NCBI GenBank assembly: GCA_947085205.1
Contig: CAMTVO010000041.1
Coordinates: forward strand, 1 to 26,206
Length of the DNA: 26,206 bases
Origin: an uncultured Nitrospiraceae bacterium
Lineage (GTDB): Bacteria; Nitrospirota; Thermodesulfovibrionia; Thermodesulfovibrionales; Dissulfurispiraceae
Reading direction: 5' to 3'
A program made the translations under genes and the position numbers. Within the stretch, counting starts at the first letter, position 1; the number at the start of each line of letters is the position of its first letter. This document shows, piece by piece, positions 17,396-26,206 of this stretch. Under the pieces are notes generated by a model, which made no database searches, was not told the origin of the DNA, and saw only the letters and a list, made by a program, of their open reading frames with translations.

Positions 17396-17404
17396 ATTAT
17401 AACA
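17396..17404 (-). promoter_or_regulatory. Extended -10 promoter element for ssrA
   Basis: TGTTATAAT on the minus strand, 15 nt upstream of the mature 5' end. Confidence 0.6.
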
Positions 17405-17497
17405 TATTTAGGGATATTGCACATAAGGCAGGGCATGGTATTGGAGCGGCTTTTTCCGTTGACTGCGAGGACATGGATGTCTGAGCAAGCGAAAACC

Positions 17498-17551
17498 ATA
17501 GTCGATAGTCGATAGTCCAGATCTAACTTCTGACTCCTGACTCTTGACTAT
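17498..17551. repeat. Two facing heptamer tracts between smpB and ssrA
   Basis: ATAGTCG ATAGTCG ATAGTCC followed by TAACTTC TGACTCC TGACTCT TGACTAT; AGTC/GACT cores are complementary. Confidence 0.7.
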
Positions 17552-17580
17552 TTAATGCCGTGTCCTGTCTTAAAAAAGAG

Positions 17581-18024
17581 TCAGCGATTTTTCATCGCTT
17601 TTTCTATCGCCCTTTTTGCTTCCCGTTCTTTTATCGCCTCCCTTTTTTCATAAACCCTCTTGCCTTTTGCGAGGCCTATTTCAACCTTTGCATACGGGCC
17701 TTTGAAATATATTTTCAGCGGTATTAGTGTGTATCCCTTTTGCTGTATCTTGCCTTTAAGTCTTTCTGTCTCTTTTTTGTGCAGGAGGAGTTTTCTTGTT
17801 CTCAGAGGTTCGTGGTTCATGATGTTTCCATGAGAATAAGGACTTATATGGCAGTTGAAAAGAAAGACCTCGGAGTCTTTAATCAACACATAGCTGTCTT
17901 TAAGATTGGCCTTGCCGTCTCTTAAAGACTTAACCTCTGTGCCTAAAAGCTGAATGCCCGCTTCAGCGGTCTCCTCGATGCTGTAGTCGTGATATGCTTT
18001 TCTATTCTGGCATACGATTTTCAT
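17581..18024 (-). CDS. smpB: SsrA-binding protein SmpB
   Basis: [45 protein letters not shown]. Confidence 0.99.
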   Translation of the reverse strand: MKIVCQNRKAYHDYSIEETAEAGIQLLGTEVKSLRDGKANLKDSYVLIKDSEVFLFNCHISPYSHGNIMNHEPLRTRKLLLHKKETERLKGKIQQKGYTLIPLKIYFKGPYAKVEIGLAKGKRVYEKREAIKEREAKRAIEKAMKNR

Positions 18025-18128
18025 GCTCTTATGATAGCAGTATTTTTATTAAACTTTAAAGCATTGTCTCTACATATGCAAATCGTATATAATTTCAGTT
18101 CAGCTACAAATAAGGTGCGGAGGTTTTT

Positions 18129-18554
18129 ATGAAGAAGTTTTTGATTTTGGCGTTTATAGTGTTTGCTTTTGTTGCTTCATGCGGTAAAAAAGAGGTCAAA
18201 AAGGTATCCGAAGATTCAAAGATAGCAACAGAGGCATTCGCTCTTGCCGAGACAATTAAAGATGCATATATAAAGAGAGACCTCAAGGTTATCGAGCAAA
18301 ATACTACAAGGGAAGGCTTCAGGACAATCAGCAGTGCAATGAAAGTATTTGATTCCTCTGATCTGGCCTTTACTCCTGTATGGGTTGAGATAGAGGATAA
18401 TGTTGTTCATCTCAATGTTTCATGGAAAGGCACATGGAAGAAGGCCGGAAAGACCACAGAAGAAAGAGGAATGGCAGTGTTTGTCTTGAAAGGCAGACCT
18501 CTTAAGGTAGATAACATACTGCGGGCAAATCCTTTTAAATATCCGGTAGATTAA
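18129..18554 (+). CDS. Hypothetical lipoprotein
   Basis: GGAGG RBS; signal peptide with lipobox FVASC. Confidence 0.8.
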   Translation: MKKFLILAFIVFAFVASCGKKEVKKVSEDSKIATEAFALAETIKDAYIKRDLKVIEQNTTREGFRTISSAMKVFDSSDLAFTPVWVEIEDNVVHLNVSWKGTWKKAGKTTEERGMAVFVLKGRPLKVDNILRANPFKYPVD

Positions 18555-18596
18555 TATTTCCAATTACCTTTTTTCGTCGGCATAAGGGGATTGTTT

Positions 18597-18800
18597 TTAT
18601 TTACATGAGCTGCATGAGCCAGAACTGCAGGAAGAACAGCCCGAGGATGTGGGGTTTTCAACCCCGCTCATTCCGAAGACAGAGAATTTCTTTTTAATTT
18701 TTTTAGACTTGCAGTTAGGACAGGTCGCCTCCTGACCGCCGAAGACGAGCTTTTCAAATTCCTGTCCGCACTTATCGCATATGTATTCATAAATAGGCAT
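18597..18800 (-). CDS. FmdB-family zinc-ribbon protein
   Basis: MPIYEYICDKCGQEFE...CPNCKS and a Cys/Ser-rich tail. Confidence 0.92.
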   Translation of the reverse strand: MPIYEYICDKCGQEFEKLVFGGQEATCPNCKSKKIKKKFSVFGMSGVENPTSSGCSSCSSGSCSSCK

Positions 18801-18924
18801 GTTTGCTCTCCTGTTGTAAACTGGACTGTTTTTTATTATAACATGGCGCTTGAATTATTGAGAAAAATCCTTTAAAGTTTAAGTGATTTGTATGAAAATT
18901 AATGGTCATTCTGTGGAGGGAATC

Positions 18925-19170
18925 ATGGGAGTAAGTAAGGGGCAAAATCTTCAGGACAGCTTCTTAAACCAGTTGCGAAAGGAAAAAGTGCCTGTCGTTG
19001 TGTATCTTACAAACGGCGTGCGATTGAAGGGCATAGTCAAAGGCTTTGACAACTTTGTAATCCTGCTTAAAGAGGCAAGCGAGCAGCTTATCTACAAGCA
19101 TGCCATTTCCACAATTGTTCCGGAAAAGAGCGTAGATATTAGGATTGAGAGCGCAGAGGCCAATAGCTAA
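18925..19170 (+). CDS. hfq: RNA chaperone Hfq
   Basis: [29 protein letters not shown]...FDNF...[13 protein letters not shown] 18925 follows GGAGG. Confidence 0.97.
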   Translation: MGVSKGQNLQDSFLNQLRKEKVPVVVYLTNGVRLKGIVKGFDNFVILLKEASEQLIYKHAISTIVPEKSVDIRIESAEANS

Positions 19171-19186
19171 CGGGAGGTATTAAACA

Positions 19187-19852
19187 ATGCTGAAGACAAT
19201 GAGAAAACACGCGAAGTTATTTTATGTACTTTTTTTTATCGTGATACTTTCTTTCATATTCTGGGGGGTAGACCCTGTTGATAAGCCTACCGGAGTCAGC
19301 GTTGCAGAGATAGGCAATGAGAAGATTACTGTTGAGGAATACTGGCGGGCATATGAAAATGTAAGGCAGCAGATCATGGAGGTTTATAAAGGAAAGCTTA
19401 CCGAAGAGGTCGAAAAGAACCTGAAGCTCAAAGAGACGGTGCTGAACAATCTCATAGAGGAGAAGGTTCTTTTGATTTCTGCTGCGGAAATAGGGATAAG
19501 GGTGACAGACAAAGAGCTTCAGGACGCTATTGTGAATGACCCTCGATTCATGAGGGACGGCATTTTCAGGAAGGATGTGTATTTCAGGACACTTGATCTC
19601 AACAGGCTGACGCCGGAGATGTTTGAGAACTCGATGCGTCAGCAGATCACGCTTTTGAAGATGAAGAGGCTTATCAGCTCTACCGTTGATCTGAATCCTC
19701 TGGATTTAAAGGGTGTTTCGGGAGACGACAAAAAGATTGCCGAGATAAGGCAGACCATATTGACGGATAAGACAAATGCTGCTATAAAGTCATATGTTGA
19801 CAGTGCAAAGCAGAGGATGAAGTTTAAGGTCAACATGGAACTCATCTCTTAG
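19187..19852 (+). CDS. SurA N-terminal domain protein (PpiD-like, no PPIase domain evident)
   Basis: MLKTMRKH + TM anchor SFIFWG, VAEIGNEKIT, LNNLIEEKVLL, GIRVTDKEL. Confidence 0.85.
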   Translation: MLKTMRKHAKLFYVLFFIVILSFIFWGVDPVDKPTGVSVAEIGNEKITVEEYWRAYENVRQQIMEVYKGKLTEEVEKNLKLKETVLNNLIEEKVLLISAAEIGIRVTDKELQDAIVNDPRFMRDGIFRKDVYFRTLDLNRLTPEMFENSMRQQITLLKMKRLISSTVDLNPLDLKGVSGDDKKIAEIRQTILTDKTNAAIKSYVDSAKQRMKFKVNMELIS

Positions 19853-19858
19853 AGATTT

Positions 19859-19888
19859 TTGCCCTCCCAGCTAAAGAAATGTTATAAT
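19859..19888 (+). promoter_or_regulatory. Putative sigma70 promoter of the guaB operon
   Basis: TTGCCC-N18-TATAAT with extended -10 TG. Confidence 0.55.
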
Positions 19889-19897
19889 TTCGATTAA

Positions 19898-22940
<3,043 letters not shown>

Positions 22941-22941
<1 letters not shown>

Positions 22942-23840
22942 TGGATATAAAGACTTACCTCAAAGAAAAAAAAGCACTTGTAGATTCATTTCTCGAATCA
23001 TATTTTTCTGCACCTCTTACGCCTAAGACTCTTCATGAGTCTATGATATATTCTCTTTCAGCAGGCGGAAAGAGGATAAGGCCCATTTTATGTCTTGCAT
23101 CGTATGAGGCGTGCGGGGGTAAGGCTGAGGATATAATTCCCTATGCCTCTGCCCTTGAGTTCATACACACATACTCATTAGTCCATGACGACCTTCCTGC
23201 CATGGACAATGATGATTTAAGGCGCGGCAAACCCACTAACCATAAGGTTTTTGGCGAAGGCATGGCAATCCTTGCAGGAGATGCCCTTTTAACAGAGGCA
23301 TTTTATATGCTTTCCAATAATTCAAATAAAAAGCCATCAGCTATCAGCCATCAGCCATCAGCCGTATTGCGGGTCATCCGCGAGATAGCTATGGCATCAG
23401 GCGCTCATGGCATGGTTGGAGGTCAGGCACAAGATTTATTATCCGAAGACGCAGAACCTGATGCAAAGACCCTTTCCTTTATCCACAGCCACAAGACCGC
23501 TGCGCTTATAACAGTCTCTGTCCGCTCCGGGGGTATACTGGCAGGCTGCAGTGATGAGAAATTATTCGGGCTTACAAAATATGGTGAAAATATAGGATTA
23601 GCCTTTCAGGTTGTTGATGATATACTTGATGTGGAGGGCGAGGCAGAGGTAATAGGAAAGCCTAAAGGCTCTGATGAAAAGAAGAAGAAGATGACATACC
23701 CCAAGCTTTATGGGATAGAGAAATCAAGAGAAAAGGCAAGGGAATTAATTCATAATGCAATTGGAGCATTAGAAGTATTTGATGAAAAGGCAGAGCCTCT
23801 AAGGGCAATTGCGAGGTATTTACTTGAAAGGAAAAGTTAA
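22941..23840 (+). CDS. ispA: Polyprenyl (farnesyl) diphosphate synthase
   Basis: GGKRIRP, HTYSLVHDDLPAMDNDDLRRGKPTNH, FQVVDDILD; upstream of dxs; ATG 22941 overlaps the guaA stop (TAATG). Confidence 0.95.
23332..23363 (+). repeat. Heptamer tandem repeat AGC(C/T)ATC x4 + AGCC inside ispA
   Basis: Seen directly; encodes PSAISHQPSA. Confidence 0.9.
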
Positions 23841-23882
23841 GGGTCAACAGGTATGCATACCCGCTGTTTTTTGGAGCAGAAG

Positions 23883-25796
23883 ATGTTGATAGAAAACATT
23901 AAATCTCCGCAGGATTTAAAGTCCCTTAAGATTGAAGACCTTAATGCGCTTTCAGAGGAACTGCGCAATATAATCATTGAACGTGTTTCAATAAACGGTG
24001 GACATTTATCGTCTAACCTTGGGGTTGTTGAATTAACTATTGCCCTTCATTATGTATTTAATTCGCCTGATGACAAGATTGTGTGGGATGTGGGGCATCA
24101 ATCATACCCCCATAAGCTTTTGACAGGAAGATACAAAGATTTTCATACCATTAGACAATACAAAGGAATATCAGGATTCCCGAAGATTTCGGAAAGTCTG
24201 CATGATGCCTTTGGAACAGGACACAGCTCTACATCTATATCCGCAGCGTTTGGAATATTGGAAGCAAGGGATATCCTTAAGAGATTTCAAATTTCAGATT
24301 TCAATTTTCAAATTCCCAATAAGGTAATTGCTGTTATAGGAGACGGCGCTTTAACATCTGGTCTGGCATTTGAAGGTCTTAACCATGCAGGGCATCTTAA
24401 AAAAGACCTTATCGTAATCCTCAATGACAATGAGATGTCCATATCTCCTAATGTGGGTGCAATGTCTGCCTATCTTAACAAGGTGCTTACAGGAACTTTC
24501 TATAAGAAACTCAAAAAGGAGACAAAAGCTATTTTAGAAGGCATTCCTAAAATCGGCGGGACTGTTGCAAAGATTGCAGAAAAGGCAGAAGGAAGCGTAA
24601 AGGGATTTTTCCTTCCCGGCGGCCTGTTTGAGGATTTGGGATTCAATTATCTTGGGCCGATTGACGGCCACAATATACCATTACTTGTCGAGACATTGAA
24701 GAGCATTCGAGATGCCAACGAACCGACCTTCATTCATGTAGTGACAAAGAAAGGCAAAGGATACAAGTTCTCGGAAGAAGACCCCTGTATTTATCACGGA
24801 GTAGGACCTTTTGAGGCTGATACAGGAATACAAGGTTCCCCTGCCCCATGCACCTCGCTGCTTTCATACAGCGATGTGTTCGGCAATGCGCTTGTTGAAA
24901 TTGCTGAATCTGATAACAGGATTGTTGCGATTACAGCTGCAATGAAGGAGGGTACAGGCCTTGCCCCATTTGCAGAGAAATTCCCTGACAGATTTTATGA
25001 CGTAGGCATAGCAGAACCACATGCAGTCACCTTCGCAGCAGGCCTTGCAAGCCAAGGATTAAAGCCTGTTGTGGCAATATATTCTACATTCCTCCAGAGG
25101 GCATATGACGAGATTATTCACGATGTCTGCCTCCAAAATCTTTCTGTTGTATTTGCCATAGACAGGGCAGGCATAGTAGGTGAAGACGGGGCGACACATC
25201 AGGGCTTGTTTGATATATCTTTTCTAAGGCATATCCCAAATCTCTTGTTTATGGCCCCAAAAGACGGGCAGGAATTGAAAGACATGCTTAAGTTCGCAGT
25301 TCAGTATAATGGCCCTTCAGCGATAAGGTATCCGAGGGGGAAGACAGGGGATAAGAGGATAAGAGGTTCGGAGGATAAAATAGAAATGGGGAGATCTGAA
25401 GTCTTGACGGAAGGTGATGATGTAGCAATTATTGCTGTGGGTAATGCAGTGCATCCATCATTGAAGGCGGCAGAGATGTTGAAGGGAGATGACATAAATG
25501 CCTGCGTTGTAAATGCACGGTTCATCAAGCCCCTCGACGAGGATTTGATAATAAGTCTTTGCGGGAAGGTAAAGAGAATAGTCACAGTCGAAGAGAATAT
25601 GCTTGCAGGCGGCTTTGGCTCCGCGATTTTAGAGTGCCTCAATAACGCCGGCTTGCACGATGTTAAAGTGAAAAGGATAGGCATAGGCGACGAGTTCGTA
25701 GAGCACGGCAGCCAAAAAATTCTCAGGCAGAAATACAGGCTTGACGAAGAAGGAATATATAAGACCGCAAAAGAGTTTCTGAGCAAAGCCTCGTAA
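23883..25796 (+). CDS. dxs: 1-deoxy-D-xylulose-5-phosphate synthase
   Basis: GGHLSSNLG, WDVGHQSY, GDGALT...NDNEMSI, IYSTFLQRAYD, DRAG; ATG 23883 after GGAG preferred over track start 23853. Confidence 0.98.
   Translation: MLIENIKSPQDLKSLKIEDLNALSEELRNIIIERVSINGGHLSSNLGVVELTIALHYVFNSPDDKIVWDVGHQSYPHKLLTGRYKDFHTIRQYKGISGFPKISESLHDAFGTGHSSTSISAAFGILEARDILKRFQISDFNFQIPNKVIAVIGDGALTSGLAFEGLNHAGHLKKDLIVILNDNEMSISPNVGAMSAYLNKVLTGTFYKKLKKETKAILEGIPKIGGTVAKIAEKAEGSVKGFFLPGGLFEDLGFNYLGPIDGHNIPLLVETLKSIRDANEPTFIHVVTKKGKGYKFSEEDPCIYHGVGPFEADTGIQGSPAPCTSLLSYSDVFGNALVEIAESDNRIVAITAAMKEGTGLAPFAEKFPDRFYDVGIAEPHAVTFAAGLASQGLKPVVAIYSTFLQRAYDEIIHDVCLQNLSVVFAIDRAGIVGEDGATHQGLFDISFLRHIPNLLFMAPKDGQELKDMLKFAVQYNGPSAIRYPRGKTGDKRIRGSEDKIEMGRSEVLTEGDDVAIIAVGNAVHPSLKAAEMLKGDDINACVVNARFIKPLDEDLIISLCGKVKRIVTVEENMLAGGFGSAILECLNNAGLHDVKVKRIGIGDEFVEHGSQKILRQKYRLDEEGIYKTAKEFLSKAS
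24282..24316 (+). repeat. Degenerate heptamer tract inside dxs
   Basis: AGATTTC AAATTTC AGATTTC AATTTTC AAATTCC; encodes RFQISDFNFQIP. Confidence 0.8.
25349..25380 (+). repeat. Degenerate octamer tract inside dxs
   Basis: GGATAAGA GGATAAGA GGTTCGGA GGATAAAA; encodes DKRIRGSEDK. Confidence 0.7.
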
Positions 25797-25880
25797 AGCG
25801 CCCTTCACCGCGGGCAATTATGGTAATTTTCACATCCCATTTTTCATGAAAATTGATATAATTCTCCTATAACTGAAGCA

Positions 25881-26084
25881 ATGGGGGATGAGATGCGATA
25901 TTTAATGCAAATTATTCTCGTAGTTGTTTTCAGTATATTCCTGTTTGCCGGATTATCCCACGCTGAAAAAGTAACCTTTGTAAAAGAATACACATATCAG
26001 GCAAGCGATTTTGACAGCAGGCACTCAAGCAGGACGATTGCCCTTATTACATCTTGCGAGGTTATGCTGAGTGAACTTACATAA
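25881..26084 (+). pseudogene. Truncated exported-protein gene
   Basis: Signal peptide (…GLSHA) and about 27 mature residues to RTIAL, then runs into IS21-derived sequence and stops. Confidence 0.55.
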
Positions 26085-26206
26085 TATTTCTTGCGGCTGT
26101 AGCTCAACACTACTTCGTGAATGTAGACTTTCACTGTCTTGCCTCTAACCGGCAATTGCCACTCTTTCCAATCATACTGTATCTGTTTGCCAGGGCCGGT
26201 CTCTAC
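26036..26206 (-). mobile_element. IS21-family transposase (IstA) fragment, cut by the window end and truncated at about 26036
   Basis: My minus-strand translation from 26206: VETGPGKQIQYDWKEWQLPVRGKTVKVYIHEVVLSYSRKKYYVSSLSITSQDVIRAI, with ETxPGxQxQxDW and LxYSR IstA motifs; frame stops at 25997. Not in the ORF track because its start lies outside the window. Confidence 0.8.

Noticed and set aside
17314..17499. 61-aa minus-strand ORF
   Set aside because: Overlaps the tmRNA 5' end and its promoter.
25800..25815. GCCC-N8-GGGC hairpin after dxs as a terminator
   Set aside because: 4-bp stem and no U-tract.
26093..26107. GCGGCTGTAGCTCAA resembling a tRNA 5' end
   Set aside because: No cloverleaf or T-arm follows; it is the antisense of the IstA LSYSR codons.

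Overview
Bacterial chromosomal window; Nitrospirota/Thermodesulfovibrionia-like is my impression only, not tested. The left 17 kb looks like an accessory island abutting the 3' end of tmRNA (ssrA). Reading the minus strand away from ssrA it carries a large serine recombinase, a DUF1016-N-like gene and an internally deleted IS3 relic. A type III-B CRISPR-Cas effector locus follows: an NE0113-type CARF protein with a winged-helix-like C-terminus, three uncharacterised envelope genes (4-TM coiled-coil protein, exported vWA/MIDAS protein, 2-TM + bacterial PH-domain protein), cmr1, HD-less cas10/cmr2, cmr3-6, a Cam1-like TM-CARF effector, csx3, cas6, a leader and a 36-bp-repeat array cut by the window edge. 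No cas1/cas2 is in view. The best candidate for an undescribed system is the three-gene envelope module sitting tightly between the CARF-wHTH gene and cmr1. The right 9 kb is core genome (smpB, lipoprotein, FmdB-type zinc ribbon, hfq, SurA-N protein, guaB, guaA, ispA, dxs), with short tandem repeats inside several housekeeping genes, and ends in a gene/IS21 truncation junction. All calls come from reading the sequence and remembered family motifs; no searches were run.
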